From Candidatus Woesebacteria bacterium (GTDB taxonomy: Bacteria; Patescibacteriota; Microgenomatia; UBA1400; UBA12028): DNA of 64,000 nt. How positions within the stretch are numbered: the stretch's first letter is position 1; every line of letters begins with the position of its first letter. Positions 1-11,418 of the stretch are shown piece by piece. Below the pieces are notes generated by a model. That model saw only the letters and a list, made by a program, of their open reading frames with translations. It was not told the origin of the DNA and made no database searches. Location of the stretch: contig JBDTWD010000004.1 of NCBI GenBank assembly GCA_040006915.1, positions 65,033-129,032 on the forward strand, read 5' to 3'. The position numbers were made by a program, and so were the translations under genes.

Positions 1-712
1 GTTGTACCACCATCATATAAATCGCCTGTAAAAGTGAGATAACCAATCCGTGACTACCATCTTTATATCCCTGACGCGCAAAGAATCGACTGTAGAATTC
101 GTCAAAGAATGCCTGTAGAAAATGAGTTGACTGCAGTTCCTGTTTCTCCACCTCCATCGACGTGTAAACATTCAATCTCATTACATATTGTTCGATCGAA
201 TCGTAGTGATGATGAAGTAAAGCAAACTCTTTATGTGCCTCAACAGTTTCAGTCACACCATCAATGATTGGATCCGCGTGGACATAGGGTGGGAAGGTAC
301 ATTTTCCTGTCCTGAAAAAACGGACAATGTAATCTGGCCAAAAGCCGGTATGCTCGATCCACTTACCAAATATGATATTCGCGCGTGGTAATTTATAAGC
401 ATTCACTCCCTGTGTCATCATGAGTTGTCTTAATTTCTTGGCTAGAGTCTCCGGAACTTCTTCATCACTATCCACAATCAGAGTCCACTCGGTTTTGACT
501 TTTTCTAAATATTTGTTGCGCATGGGCTCCACAATCTTTATTTGTTTCTCATGAAAAATGGTCGCATCATACTTTTTTGCGATTGAGACTGTGTCATCAG
601 TACTCTCCATGTCTACCACAAAAACCTCATCACACCATCGCAGGGAATGCAGACATGTTTCGAGTGTTTTTCCTGAATTTTTCGTGTGAACGACGGCGGT
701 AATGGTAGACAT
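1..712 (-). CDS. GT2 glycosyltransferase (WaaE/KdtX-like), 3' end outside window
   Basis: Manual translation from ATG at 712: MSTITAVVHTKNSGKTLETCLHSLRWCDEVFVVDMESTDDT...LIVDSDEE (DxD). Not in the ORF track because it is truncated. Confidence 0.85.
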   Translation of the reverse strand, partial: MSTITAVVHTKNSGKTLETCLHSLRWCDEVFVVDMESTDDTVSIAKKYDATIFHEKQIKIVEPMRNKYLEKVKTEWTLIVDSDEEVPETLAKKLRQLMMTQGVNAYKLPRANIIFGKWIEHTGFWPDYIVRFFRTGKCTFPPYVHADPIIDGVTETVEAHKEFALLHHHYDSIEQYVMRLNVYTSMEVEKQELQSTHFLQAFFDEFYSRFFARQGYKDGSHGLVISLLQAIYMMVVQ

Positions 713-713
713 A

Positions 714-2201
714 TTACTTTTTCTGAATAATTGAGACGATTTCTCGCTTCATCTTCTCAAACCCTGTTACGATCATCAAGCTAAGAAAAATAATACCTCC
801 TAAAACTACTCCCAAACCCAAATGAATAAATGACTGATTCCATACTGACACGAAATAATACAAAACGAATGCCATAACAACTGACGCCAATGTTTGTCGC
901 CAGATCTGGTCTATAAATTGAAAAGATACTTTTTGTTGCACCACATGTACGACGATAAAGACTGTGAGCGAAATTAAAGCACTTGAGAGTGCTACACCAT
1001 TAAATCCAAATTTCAGAATTAAAATCGGAGTTAATGTCCACTGGAGAATCGTCCACATAACCATAAGTTTCAGTGAAGTATTAATTTGACCAATCGCATT
1101 CAATGTATTGGTAAGAGGAGTTGAGATCGTGGAAATGGCAGTACTAATACAAAAAAGCGTTAAGGTGAGTAGTGCAGGTTGCCACTGACCGTATTTTGGA
1201 ACTAAATGAGTGAGAGGAATAAACATCACTGCAAATCCAGCCAACAGTGGGAAAGCTGCCAACGTAGTAAAAAACAGTGTCTTCTCGATAGCCCGCTTTA
1301 GGGCATGATTGTCATGTTGCAGCCGGGAGAATGTCGGGAAGGTTACAGCCATCACACTTTCAACGCTGAACTTATAAGGAAACCGTGAAGTTTGATTTGC
1401 CCATTGGATATATCCCAAGTCCCCTTTCGACAGAAAAAATGCAGTAATGATAGTAAACAGCTCATCTTTCAGTTTCGCTAACATATCATTAATTTGGAAT
1501 TTCGCCCCAACCTTCATCAAATTCCCAAAGGCCTCTTTTGAAAAGGCAAATCCCATGCTCCAGCGCTTGATACCAAGCATCACAATAACTCCGATAATGG
1601 CACGTAAAATAACTGCAATTGCCCAACTTCCAACCCCTGCTCCTCTCCAAGCAAAGAAAATAACAACCACGTTAAATACAATTGCTTCCACAATCACTGG
1701 AATGGCAAGTTTGCCAAATTCCAAATCACGTTCAAGAAGAATACTAGAAATAGTTTTAAAGGAAACAATTGGAAAAGACAGCGCAAAAGCACTTGCAAGC
1801 CATACTCCTCCCATTTCCAAACGACCAGAGTCATGCATGATTATGGCGGTACCGATAATCAAAAGACAGACTGTCCAACCGAGGATTTGTTGAATTGTGA
1901 ATACAGTGCGTAATTCTCGAATCGTCGGTGATTCTTTTTTTTGAATCAACGATGCACCCAGTCCAATATCAGAGATAATGGTAAAAAAGCTGCTGATGGC
2001 AATAACAATTCCGTACACTCCAAAATCTTCCTTTTTTAAGAAAGCTGCGAGCAAAAAATAGGAAATTAAACCAATAATTTGCAAAAATATCGAACGGAAA
2101 AGATAAGAAAAGGCACCGGTCAGAGAGCGTTTTTTTATCTCCTCATTGCTCAGTTGAGTTTCTTCGATATCGAGATCAGGTTGATAATTTGCGCTTACCA
2201 T
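714..2201 (-). CDS. Wzx-type oligosaccharide flippase
   Basis: Many TM segments; DIGLGASLIQK motif typical of WzxC-like flippases. Confidence 0.85.
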   Translation of the reverse strand: MVSANYQPDLDIEETQLSNEEIKKRSLTGAFSYLFRSIFLQIIGLISYFLLAAFLKKEDFGVYGIVIAISSFFTIISDIGLGASLIQKKESPTIRELRTVFTIQQILGWTVCLLIIGTAIIMHDSGRLEMGGVWLASAFALSFPIVSFKTISSILLERDLEFGKLAIPVIVEAIVFNVVVIFFAWRGAGVGSWAIAVILRAIIGVIVMLGIKRWSMGFAFSKEAFGNLMKVGAKFQINDMLAKLKDELFTIITAFFLSKGDLGYIQWANQTSRFPYKFSVESVMAVTFPTFSRLQHDNHALKRAIEKTLFFTTLAAFPLLAGFAVMFIPLTHLVPKYGQWQPALLTLTLFCISTAISTISTPLTNTLNAIGQINTSLKLMVMWTILQWTLTPILILKFGFNGVALSSALISLTVFIVVHVVQQKVSFQFIDQIWRQTLASVVMAFVLYYFVSVWNQSFIHLGLGVVLGGIIFLSLMIVTGFEKMKREIVSIIQKK

Positions 2202-3834
2202 AAGATAAAGTTAAGAAACCCCCTACCGATAGAAAACCGATGATACTTAAAGTGTTCCCAAGCATACGTATCGGGGTATCGACTAATTGTACAGTAATGT
2301 CACTCTCTCCAGAAGGAAGAAGTACAGAATAGATAGGGAATGTTGTTTTTTCAGCCAGAGCCATCGATTTTCCATTTACAAACAGTTTCCATCCAGGAAA
2401 TATAAAGGTGTTTATCTGCAGTTCGCATTCCGTTGTGCAATCAGCATGCGCGGAGAATAGAGTTGGGGTATCTTTGGTAATTTGAAGCTTCCCCTCCCCC
2501 TTTGTGAGGGTCATCCGCTCACTCACTGAATCAGGCAAAGCATCATCTTTGATTGCTTTGGGAAGATAGTCATTCAGCGTCTTACTCATCTCGGTACGAA
2601 TAAAAGTCGGATCGGTACTATAAAATTCATCTGTATTGTCGATATATTTCTCAGGCATGAAAAACTGTGTTTGCATTGCCACAAACGCCAGCAACACAAT
2701 CACAGCAGCGATCCACTCACCTTTTATTTTTCTCCACTTTTGCAAGAGTACTATACTGGCTCCCACTATGGCTGATAAAAAAACGTGCACAAAAGTGAGA
2801 AATCTCCAGGGAAACTGCATGTATTTTAAAAGCTGGACATGATCCCAAACAAATACTGATTTATTGGTAGCCATAAACAAGCTGCCCAGTAAGAAAAAGA
2901 CGAGAATACCAAACGTTCGAATCTTTTTCTTCGTAACGATCACTCCCAATAAACTGACTGCAGCAAGCACTATGGGTATATAGCCCAATGCATAACTCAT
3001 TCCATCCTCAAGGCCAGGTTGCGATCCCCCATATCCCCAGATTCCAAACACAAATTGACGTAGTGCCACAAAATGATTATGGAAATCAAAGTAGCCAGTA
3101 GTGATAGTACTTTCCACTCGGGTGAAATCTTTTTCAAAAAAGGCCGGCAATACATAAAAGGCTGACAATAAGAATGCCAACAGCAAGGCTAAGAGTACTG
3201 GAATCATCTTTTTATATCCCAATATTGCAAAGGCAAAAATGCATACAACTCCTACGGTGATCATTCCGATAAGATTGTGTGATAAAAGAATTGCAGCCAA
3301 AGAGAGTGAGGTCACGATAACTCCCTGTTTTTGATGGGTACGAAGTCTCAAAATGCCGTACAGAGCAAAAGGGATCAACACCATTGCGGTAGCCTCTCCA
3401 ATCGCTCCTCGTACATATAAATCCACGGCTCGATACGTGGAGAAAGAAAAAGCTGCAGCACTAATCAATCCTCCAGATTTTCCCCAAAGTTCTTTGGCAA
3501 AAAGATACATTCCGATAAAAGCCAGAACTGCGTTCAAGAAAATCAACAGTTTTATAGAGAAGATTGCATTCTGCGTAAGTGCGAATGGAATTTGGGCGAC
3601 GTAATATGGAAGCGGAGCGTAAAAGTTAAACAATGGCATTCCATACCCAAAACCAAAGTTTCGTGACCAACGAACCGGAAATTCTCCTGCTTGTAAACTT
3701 CGATTCATTTCCACAATTCTAGCGGCGTGCGTAAAATCATGTGGACGAAAAAATCCAGAATGAAATAGCGGGAGACTCGTAGCGAGTATGCATACCAAAC
3801 CTACAATAACGGGTAGGAATCTTTGAATTTTCAT
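2176..3834 (-). CDS. GT-C fold membrane protein (PTPS-related/YfhO-like)
   Basis: HD..HAARI..M, FPVRW..FGFGYGMPLFNFY, YVRGAIGE, QFPWRFL motifs; multi-TM. Confidence 0.75.
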   Translation of the reverse strand: MKIQRFLPVIVGLVCILATSLPLFHSGFFRPHDFTHAARIVEMNRSLQAGEFPVRWSRNFGFGYGMPLFNFYAPLPYYVAQIPFALTQNAIFSIKLLIFLNAVLAFIGMYLFAKELWGKSGGLISAAAFSFSTYRAVDLYVRGAIGEATAMVLIPFALYGILRLRTHQKQGVIVTSLSLAAILLSHNLIGMITVGVVCIFAFAILGYKKMIPVLLALLLAFLLSAFYVLPAFFEKDFTRVESTITTGYFDFHNHFVALRQFVFGIWGYGGSQPGLEDGMSYALGYIPIVLAAVSLLGVIVTKKKIRTFGILVFFLLGSLFMATNKSVFVWDHVQLLKYMQFPWRFLTFVHVFLSAIVGASIVLLQKWRKIKGEWIAAVIVLLAFVAMQTQFFMPEKYIDNTDEFYSTDPTFIRTEMSKTLNDYLPKAIKDDALPDSVSERMTLTKGEGKLQITKDTPTLFSAHADCTTECELQINTFIFPGWKLFVNGKSMALAEKTTFPIYSVLLPSGESDITVQLVDTPIRMLGNTLSIIGFLSVGGFLTLSYGKRKLST

Positions 3835-5366
3835 TTGACTTTGTACAGTAGTAGACTTGGAGCCCCATTTGGTCGTTTCACTTCCAAGATTTTTTCTAAA
3901 ATCGATGGATAGGCAACTTTAAAACGATGACTATTTACCACGTAATAGACTTCTTTGGTGGGTGATTGTTCCAGATACTCTGGCGGCAATACAGACGGTC
4001 CTACACCGATTCCTTTTATTTCCATACCGTCTAGTTGATTTGGTCCAAAGAAATACATCAGGAGCCCATCTGGAAGCGTTCCAAAGGCTCCTTCAGTCAT
4101 AACAATCATATGGGGATGATCAATATACCGAACGCGTAAATAATCTCTCACTTCGGCATTCCCAAACCCCGCAGACCACTCTTCTAAATATTGCATCCGA
4201 TCAATGGCAACAAACGGAATAGAAGCCACGTTCGTAACGGCTACTACGTTAAAAAACAAAGTCTGAATACAGAAAGCGATGACAAGAACAGCAGTAAGTA
4301 GTTTCCCGAAACGAGCTTTCGGAATTGAAACCAAACCGATCGCTGCAGCTATAGTTAGAAATGGAGCAATTGGCAAAAAATACCGAGGATAGAGCACTCT
4401 ACCAAGAGCGATAAGTGGTAAGGCAAAAAAGATACTACAGGCAAGAAGGAATAGAGTGCTGTTCCGAGTGCGTCGACGCAGCAATCCTAGAACCGATGAA
4501 AGTAATACAGCAATCGTTAAATATGTTCCCACCCAGTCAATTTCCCGAGGAAGACTTGAGAAAAGTACATATCGCCACTCACCCGAAAGTAATTCTTTAA
4601 TGGTAAATGTAAAATCACCACTCCGAGTAAAGAGCGCCCCAAAGAAAGGTGAGATTCGAAGCAGGAGAAAAATAACGCATCCTACAATTCCTCCCAGAGT
4701 AATCAAGATAATCGACTCCGTTAATTTCTGTCTTGACTTCCGCTTGGTATATTTGGGATTTTTAACAATCGCAAACACTGGAGTCAATGCAATTGCTGGG
4801 ATGGCAAAAAGTGCAGGAGTCTTTGTGATCAGGGCGCCACCAAAAAAAACTCCGAGTAACAATATCCAGGGGATCGTATCGTAGGCAATTCCTTTTTCTT
4901 TCTGACACTGAATAGCAATATGGATTGCACAGTACATCGACATAACCAGAAGAAGGGTTAATAACCCATCCATCAAAGCCATTCGATGATAAAACCACCA
5001 AAAGGGTGCAAATACTGTAATGAGTTGGCTGACTATCACCACCTTTTTGTTTCCAGTGATAATTTTGGCTAAAGCCCCCACTGCAAATACAGTCAAAAGT
5101 CCAATACATACTGAAGTAAACCTGGCAGCCCATAATGGGTCAGCAAAAGGGCGCAAAGTAAACGAAAGAAGCCACATAAACAGCGGAGGTTTTCCATCAG
5201 CCATTGAGAAGAACGCAAAACGACCCGCATCATCAATAATCAACTGGCTCCAGCGAATATAAATTGCTTCGTCAGCAAATACGGGTAACAGAATCAGTGC
5301 CGGCAGATGCGTCGCAAAATACAGGACGGTGAGCCAAATAATGCTTGGGATTTTCTTTATCGCCAT
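3831..5366 (-). CDS. GT39/ArnT-like (PMT_2) glycosyltransferase
   Basis: FADEAIY, DGKPPL, PRY motifs; multi-TM. Confidence 0.75.
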   Translation of the reverse strand: MAIKKIPSIIWLTVLYFATHLPALILLPVFADEAIYIRWSQLIIDDAGRFAFFSMADGKPPLFMWLLSFTLRPFADPLWAARFTSVCIGLLTVFAVGALAKIITGNKKVVIVSQLITVFAPFWWFYHRMALMDGLLTLLLVMSMYCAIHIAIQCQKEKGIAYDTIPWILLLGVFFGGALITKTPALFAIPAIALTPVFAIVKNPKYTKRKSRQKLTESIILITLGGIVGCVIFLLLRISPFFGALFTRSGDFTFTIKELLSGEWRYVLFSSLPREIDWVGTYLTIAVLLSSVLGLLRRRTRNSTLFLLACSIFFALPLIALGRVLYPRYFLPIAPFLTIAAAIGLVSIPKARFGKLLTAVLVIAFCIQTLFFNVVAVTNVASIPFVAIDRMQYLEEWSAGFGNAEVRDYLRVRYIDHPHMIVMTEGAFGTLPDGLLMYFFGPNQLDGMEIKGIGVGPSVLPPEYLEQSPTKEVYYVVNSHRFKVAYPSILEKILEVKRPNGAPSLLLYKVK

Positions 5367-6478
5367 ATTTTCTTTCTAGCTACGAGCCAGATGCCGGTCG
5401 CTATAGGGATGGCTGACCAAGTAATCAGCCGCATTTGAAATTGTATGGTATCTGTATATTCACCTAAAAGCAAAAATGGAACGTACCGTAAAAGACTTGT
5501 GAGAGTAAACGTAATCAACATTATTTTGACATATTTGACAGTAATAAAAGGTAAAAACGTCAGTGGCCAAATGAGATACCAGGGATTGAACTGTTGAGAT
5601 CGGTCCGTAAACAGCGGAAGAAACAGTAAAATTGTCGCTATCTCTGGCCAATATTTTTTTATCCATTCAAATTTTCCGACTGCGAGTCCAATCCACAATG
5701 GCAATAAAAGAGCCGTGGCAAACTTAACCTGAGTTGAAAGAATCAAGAGAATAAATGATACAAGTGTCTGCCATGAAAGTGTTTTTTTTGTTTTCAAGAT
5801 CAGCACAAAACTGGCTAGTGCCAACGCCATCATCCATACATCGTTATGCCCATTCATAAACGTCTCTATCAAAACGAGTGGATTGAGAATAAATAACACC
5901 AAATTCTTGGGGTGTAGTTGTCTCTGCATCCAGACAAGAATGGCAAATCCCAACAGCATAAACAGTTTGAATGAGACATAGGTCGTTAAAAATTTTCCGA
6001 ATCCGGCCAAATATGGGATGAGAGAAAAATACGTCCAAAAACGTCCGTACGGTGCTGGTGTATGGACATTATGCATAAAACGCACCCACTCATCTTGAGG
6101 AGCAATTTCCAAAGCACTTTTCACATGAGGATCTTGATGATAGACCGCCACGGCTTTCGCGTTAAACATATAGTTATATAAATCATGAGAAAGTGCGTTA
6201 TTTGAGAGAATCAGAAACAGCACTCCAATACAAGCAGAAATCATAATCGTCTTTGACCGCTTTTGTACTGTTGATAGATACAAGACAAGCGACAAGAAGA
6301 TCATGACGACATACCACCAGGCTGTAGTCGCTCTTGGAATTTGCCACATCATTTGTTGAAAATTCACCCACAGGTTATTTGAGGAATAGTAGAGGTTTGG
6401 GTCTGTTTGGGTAAAGCTCCATAACCAGAGACTACCGCCAACAAGTACTGATAGTACTGCTAAAAATCTAAGCTTCAT
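5357..6478 (-). CDS. GT-C mannosyltransferase-like membrane protein (MptA/B, GT87-like)
   Basis: SHDLYNY, DP, PAPYG, LNPLVLIE, NGHND, PWY motifs. Confidence 0.7.
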   Translation of the reverse strand: MKLRFLAVLSVLVGGSLWLWSFTQTDPNLYYSSNNLWVNFQQMMWQIPRATTAWWYVVMIFLSLVLYLSTVQKRSKTIMISACIGVLFLILSNNALSHDLYNYMFNAKAVAVYHQDPHVKSALEIAPQDEWVRFMHNVHTPAPYGRFWTYFSLIPYLAGFGKFLTTYVSFKLFMLLGFAILVWMQRQLHPKNLVLFILNPLVLIETFMNGHNDVWMMALALASFVLILKTKKTLSWQTLVSFILLILSTQVKFATALLLPLWIGLAVGKFEWIKKYWPEIATILLFLPLFTDRSQQFNPWYLIWPLTFLPFITVKYVKIMLITFTLTSLLRYVPFLLLGEYTDTIQFQMRLITWSAIPIATGIWLVARKKIWR

Positions 6479-6521
6479 TACTCCATCATACTCGACCGAA
6501 GAAAATTTTGGAATTTGGGAT

Positions 6522-7268
6522 TCACCTGTACTTTCCTTGAAAATCAGCCAGGCGAATACGCATGATATCGCCTAACATGCGTAGTGAATCTTTTATCGGA
6601 TCAACTCGATTGGTTTTGGCATATGTCCAGTTAATTGGGACTTCAGCAATCTTGAATTTATATTTCTTGGCTAGGTACAGAAGCTCAACATCGAAGGCAC
6701 CGGTAAAGGCACCGGTCAGCTTCCCCTTTCCTGAATAGACCACCACTTTGTCTACTAGTTTTTCTGAGGCTCGCCTACTAAAGAGTTTGAACCCACATTG
6801 CGTATCGTGAATCCCATTGATGGCAATTAAGTTCACAAAGAAATTAAACCCTTTTCCCATCAAATGTCTGTGCAATGGTTCTCGCATGCGTTCACTTCCC
6901 TGAACCTCTCGTGAACCGATCACTATATCCATACCTCTTTGAGTAAATGGAAACAGTTTTTCAATTTCCGGGAGTGGTGTTGCTTGATCAAAATCGGAGA
7001 ACAAACGATAATCACCTTTTGCTTGACGCAAAGCTTCCAGAACCGTCGGGCCTTTCCCGCGATGTGGAAGCGCGATATATCGCACACCTTGGTGTTTTAC
7101 TGAGAATTCAGCTAGCTTTTCCGCTGTGCCATCGTCTGAGCCATCATCGGCTAAGATCAATTCCCAGTCCCAGGTCACACTGCGAAGATAGTCGTAGGCC
7201 TGATCCAAAACTCCACGTTTGATGTTCTTTAATTCGTTATAGGAGGGAAAAATAATTGAAACTAACAT
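6522..7268 (-). CDS. Polyprenyl/dolichyl-phosphate glucosyltransferase (GT2, DPG synthase-like)
   Basis: PSYNE, ADDGSDD, RGKG, FSDFDQAT, DTQCGFK, AFDVE. Confidence 0.85.
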   Translation of the reverse strand: MLVSIIFPSYNELKNIKRGVLDQAYDYLRSVTWDWELILADDGSDDGTAEKLAEFSVKHQGVRYIALPHRGKGPTVLEALRQAKGDYRLFSDFDQATPLPEIEKLFPFTQRGMDIVIGSREVQGSERMREPLHRHLMGKGFNFFVNLIAINGIHDTQCGFKLFSRRASEKLVDKVVVYSGKGKLTGAFTGAFDVELLYLAKKYKFKIAEVPINWTYAKTNRVDPIKDSLRMLGDIMRIRLADFQGKYR

Positions 7269-7281
7269 AAATATATAATCT

Positions 7282-8772
7282 TTACGGGTGCCAATATTTG
7301 TTTTGGATTTTTATTAGAGTAAAAGCTCCAATGCGTTTTTCTTCAAGTACTTGTCCAAAAGTTTCTTTATCGGCAATCCAGTCTAATCTCCGTTTCCAAA
7401 AAGTACTATCATTATCGACCATGAGATAAATATATGGCTGCTGCTCTACCTTCACTTCAGGGAATACTTTTCGTTTTTGTCCTACCCACCATATCACATA
7501 TCGACCGGCCTCATCTTGATACGAAGGAGTATACACCCAGACACCGTAGGGTTTCCCATTTGCGTCATCAATTATCCAGTTCACCGATTCTACTTCTTTT
7601 TGCAAAGAGAAGCGCTCTGAATAGGGTATAAATACCCGACTCCATAGTGATAAATTCAGACAAACTGACACGGCCAACAAGAGACAGCCTATTATTTTTA
7701 TTCCTTTTGAACCCAAAGCAATGAAACTTCCAATCACGATATACAGCACAGCGTGCTGTGCAAGAATATAGTAGTCCCAGAAGTTTCCATGATTCCCCGT
7801 ATATATGGTCTCAAAAAACAGAGGAACAAAAAGCCAAATGAGGGCTATCCGTAAACCTCGATTCGTTTTTAGCTGTTTCCACGAACTCTTGGTACGAATC
7901 ACGATCCCGATACACACAAGCGAGAAAAGAAATATTGCTTTAGGGAAGATCGCTTTCGCAAAAAGCGTATAGAGCAGCGGAATGCGTCTTGGAAGTGACT
8001 GCAGTACAGAAACATCATGTGTCTCTCTAAACGATCGCAAGACATTGCGTGTAATGAGGAAATTCCACTTTAGTTCAAACAGTATCTGAGGGATACTAGC
8101 TAAGATAAATCCAAGAGTGAGTAACAATCCACGAGTAAGAAAATATCGAAATTTGTTTTTCTTTTCCGATACCCAAACGTCGGTTGCGAGGATGATTGCC
8201 GCCGTTGGAACGAACCATAATGCATTTGCGGCTTCGAGTTGAAAACACAAACCAAAGAGTACCCCTGTGAGTATAAAAATCCAGGTTTTTTTCCGTTCAA
8301 GTGCTATCCATAACGAGCCGAATGCACACAATGCAAAGAATGGAAGTGGGGTAGGATTCGAGAGCCAACGAGCATAGTTAATATTCACCGACGAAAAAGT
8401 AAAGAGAATGGCAGCTATTGCTCCTGCCAATGGCCCTGCAATTTTTCGTGCAAAAAAATAAATACCTGCAACCAAGGCCACATGAAAAAGAACAAGCAAA
8501 TATGCAGCAAAGAGTGGGTTTCCACCACTGATGAAATAAAAAGGAAAAATCAAATAGTAATAAAATGGGCCTAAAAACACTCCATCAAGTCCTGTTGTCG
8601 GTCCAATAAGCGTAAAATGTCCATGTAAAATTCGTTGTTCAACGAATGCGTCCCTCCCCTGATCATAGGCAAAAACCAAATCTCTTGGGAGTGCGTATGA
8701 ACGAAGGAACAGCGCCACCAAACACAACAAAACGATAAAGATCAGTTCCATTTTCCTTTGGCGAAGCTTCAT
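7282..8772 (-). CDS. GT39/ArnT-like glycosyltransferase
   Basis: FAYDQGRD, LIGP..GVFLGPFYYY, WLSNP; multi-TM. Confidence 0.75.
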   Translation of the reverse strand: MKLRQRKMELIFIVLLCLVALFLRSYALPRDLVFAYDQGRDAFVEQRILHGHFTLIGPTTGLDGVFLGPFYYYLIFPFYFISGGNPLFAAYLLVLFHVALVAGIYFFARKIAGPLAGAIAAILFTFSSVNINYARWLSNPTPLPFFALCAFGSLWIALERKKTWIFILTGVLFGLCFQLEAANALWFVPTAAIILATDVWVSEKKNKFRYFLTRGLLLTLGFILASIPQILFELKWNFLITRNVLRSFRETHDVSVLQSLPRRIPLLYTLFAKAIFPKAIFLFSLVCIGIVIRTKSSWKQLKTNRGLRIALIWLFVPLFFETIYTGNHGNFWDYYILAQHAVLYIVIGSFIALGSKGIKIIGCLLLAVSVCLNLSLWSRVFIPYSERFSLQKEVESVNWIIDDANGKPYGVWVYTPSYQDEAGRYVIWWVGQKRKVFPEVKVEQQPYIYLMVDNDSTFWKRRLDWIADKETFGQVLEEKRIGAFTLIKIQNKYWHP

Positions 8773-8773
8773 A

Positions 8774-10285
8774 TCATCGATCTAAAATATACACATCTGG
8801 TCCATTTGGAACAGCGATATGGTTGACTAGAGTACGATTTGGCCAGAGTTTGATAACATATTGTGTTTCATCGATCGGCTCAGCTCGATGCTCTTCGTCA
8901 ATAATGATCAGGCGTTCAAAAGACGTCCAATCATCTGGGCTGGCAGCTTTCTTTCCTAAGGTTGTGAGAAAGTAGCGATAATTCATTGCTTGCAAATCTT
9001 TCGAAGGAGAATAAGATAACAAATTATAGGTTTTCCCTTGAGGAATATAGGGAGCGATCGCTTGAGCGGTGCGCTCGAACTGAAAAATGGTCCCAGACAT
9101 TTGCATGGTCCCTGGATAGTGACTAATGCTAGTGATTGTAAATCCTCCGATGGCCAAGACTACAAGTGGTACCAAAAAAATGGATCGTGAGAGATTGGCA
9201 AAAATGAGTCCTAATACTAAGAACACTATTGGAAACAAGAATCCTAAATAATGATCAAAGACCGAAGAAGAGTACAGAGACAGGAAAATAACACTCACGA
9301 CAAACACAAAAAGTAGGAGAGAGATCGCTTTTCTTCTTGCTTTGTTCTCAGGATGAACAAAAGCTTTGATCGCAAAGTAGAGAAACAGTCCCACGACTGC
9401 CAGCTTTTGCCCTAAAGTTTTTGCCACGATCCCAAAAAATTCTACAACTACCCGTGCAAGCATCGAAACAACTGACGCTCCAATTCCCGTGAAGTCAGAG
9501 AACGAACGGAAATGTTTCTCGCTTGAAATTGTCGGATGAAAGAACTGCAAAAACGCACGAGTATTTAGCCAGTCATGTCGGAGATCAAAAAGGAGGAGTG
9601 GAACAAGAGAGACTACAAAAATTCCAATTGCGATAATGGTAGCTTGGATAAATTCTCGGGTTACTTTGTGTTGCTGGACAGACTTTACTAACTCATACAT
9701 CCAAGTGAGACCAGCAAGGCCTATGAGAATGAGCGCAATATAATGAAGCTGGAACAAAACCGCTGCACACAGACCAATAAGCATCCAGTACGAATGCCTC
9801 CCCTGCAAAGTTTTCCAGAGCGCCCAGACCAAAAGTAAGCTGAAGAAAGGAACGATATTCGGATTCCAGCTAAACCGCACATTGGTAATAATCACGGGAC
9901 TAATGGCATACAGCCCCATAGCAATTAAAGCCGCTCTTTTTCCAATCATTTCTCTTCCCAGAATATAGAGAAGAGCCAGGGTGACTATTCCGATGAGAGC
10001 GACCGCATATGCTGGTCCCACTGGGCTTGGATAACTGAGAAGCAGCGGGAACACCATAAAATAGTAATAGAAGGGTCCCAGATACATGTTCCCCACACTA
10101 GTTACTGGTCCAATAAACGCAGGATCATGATCAAAAAGAATAGATCGAGCAATTAGGGCATCACGCCCTTGATCACCTAGAAATTGCATCGTTTCAGGTA
10201 AACGATAAAGACGAAGGAAAGATCCAACCAAGAGAATCAAGAAAAAAATGAGATTAGTTTTTTTGTGAATTCCAGTAAGCCGCAT
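8774..10285 (-). CDS. GT39/ArnT-like glycosyltransferase (paralogue of the adjacent gene)
   Basis: FLGDQGRD, FIGP..GNMYLGPFYYY, FSWNPN; start moved to ATG 10285 to avoid overlap. Confidence 0.75.
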   Translation of the reverse strand: MRLTGIHKKTNLIFFLILLVGSFLRLYRLPETMQFLGDQGRDALIARSILFDHDPAFIGPVTSVGNMYLGPFYYYFMVFPLLLSYPSPVGPAYAVALIGIVTLALLYILGREMIGKRAALIAMGLYAISPVIITNVRFSWNPNIVPFFSLLLVWALWKTLQGRHSYWMLIGLCAAVLFQLHYIALILIGLAGLTWMYELVKSVQQHKVTREFIQATIIAIGIFVVSLVPLLLFDLRHDWLNTRAFLQFFHPTISSEKHFRSFSDFTGIGASVVSMLARVVVEFFGIVAKTLGQKLAVVGLFLYFAIKAFVHPENKARRKAISLLLFVFVVSVIFLSLYSSSVFDHYLGFLFPIVFLVLGLIFANLSRSIFLVPLVVLAIGGFTITSISHYPGTMQMSGTIFQFERTAQAIAPYIPQGKTYNLLSYSPSKDLQAMNYRYFLTTLGKKAASPDDWTSFERLIIIDEEHRAEPIDETQYVIKLWPNRTLVNHIAVPNGPDVYILDR

Positions 10286-10290
10286 ACATA

Positions 10291-11418
10291 TTACTTTTTT
10301 TTCCAAATCACTTTCGAATAGATAACATAATTTAGCACCATACCGATGGCGACGGCTACAACGAACCACAAGAATTTAAGATTATCAGAGGTGTAGGAAG
10401 TCCCCAAAGTCACAACTACCTTTTGAATGACCACTGCCCCTGCCGAAGCGATGTTAAATTGAATAAACTTTTTAATTAAAGCGACTGGAGTGTTTACCTG
10501 GCGTTCTGAGAATGTCCAGAAATTATTCAAAATGAAATTAGAAACAATGGCAATCTCAGCTCCCATGGCCGACGCATTTCCAGCTTCAATTCCAAATTTA
10601 GAAGTAAAGACAGCCAAAGCTACTGCGTTGATCACAAACCCAATCCCACCCACAATTCCAAATTTAAAGATATGACTCGTCACTATTTCTTGATATCTAG
10701 CAGTGACAATATAGAGTAGAGCATTTCTGATATAGTCAGGCCCGAGTTTTGATTCACCTGAAGTACGGTCCTTAAATGCAAATGGCACTTCAACAATCTT
10801 GAAGCCTTTGCGTAATACCTTGTGCAAAAAGCCGATTTGGAATGTATATCCTGAAAGCCGCTTTTCACCAATGTCGTCTCGTACTGCTTCAAACACACTC
10901 TTACGAATAGCGCGAAACCCTCCGGTCCAGTCATGAATTGAAAAATTCGTGAAAACAACCATATTGACCCAGTTCCCCACCACACTTAAAAATTTACGCT
11001 GCAGCTTCCAATGTGAAGGAATCGAGCCACCCTTGATGTAGCGTGATCCAACCACTAAATCGGCCCCATTATCTACCGCTTGCAAAAATTCCGGTACCTT
11101 ATAGGGATCATGCTGAAAGTCAGCATCCATCTCAAAGACTAGATCAGCATTCATACGGTCGAAAGATTCCTCCATACCGACGATATAAGCATGACCAAGT
11201 CCCGCTTTCTTAGCATTGAGATGCAAATGAACTTTAGGATGTTTCTTTATAATCTCTCGGACGACGTCGGCGGTTTTATCTGGGCTACTATCATCAACAA
11301 CTAAAATATGCATGTCCCAGGTAGATATTCCTTTGAAAATATCTAAAAGAATAGGAATCAATTTGGAGATGTTTTCTCGCTCATTATAGGTAGGGATGAT
11401 GATGACAGCTTTTTTCAT
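10291..11418 (-). CDS. Polyprenol-phosphate mannose synthase (DPM1-like) fused to a GtrA domain
   Basis: [30 protein letters not shown]; C-terminal FKFGIVG...[10 protein letters not shown] GtrA signature. Confidence 0.85.
   Translation of the reverse strand: MKKAVIIIPTYNERENISKLIPILLDIFKGISTWDMHILVVDDSSPDKTADVVREIIKKHPKVHLHLNAKKAGLGHAYIVGMEESFDRMNADLVFEMDADFQHDPYKVPEFLQAVDNGADLVVGSRYIKGGSIPSHWKLQRKFLSVVGNWVNMVVFTNFSIHDWTGGFRAIRKSVFEAVRDDIGEKRLSGYTFQIGFLHKVLRKGFKIVEVPFAFKDRTSGESKLGPDYIRNALLYIVTARYQEIVTSHIFKFGIVGGIGFVINAVALAVFTSKFGIEAGNASAMGAEIAIVSNFILNNFWTFSERQVNTPVALIKKFIQFNIASAGAVVIQKVVVTLGTSYTSDNLKFLWFVVAVAIGMVLNYVIYSKVIWKKK

Noticed and set aside
6695-6718. 12-bp tandem repeat in the DPG synthase gene
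   Set aside because: In frame (TGAF-TGAF), two copies only; no evidence of phase variation.
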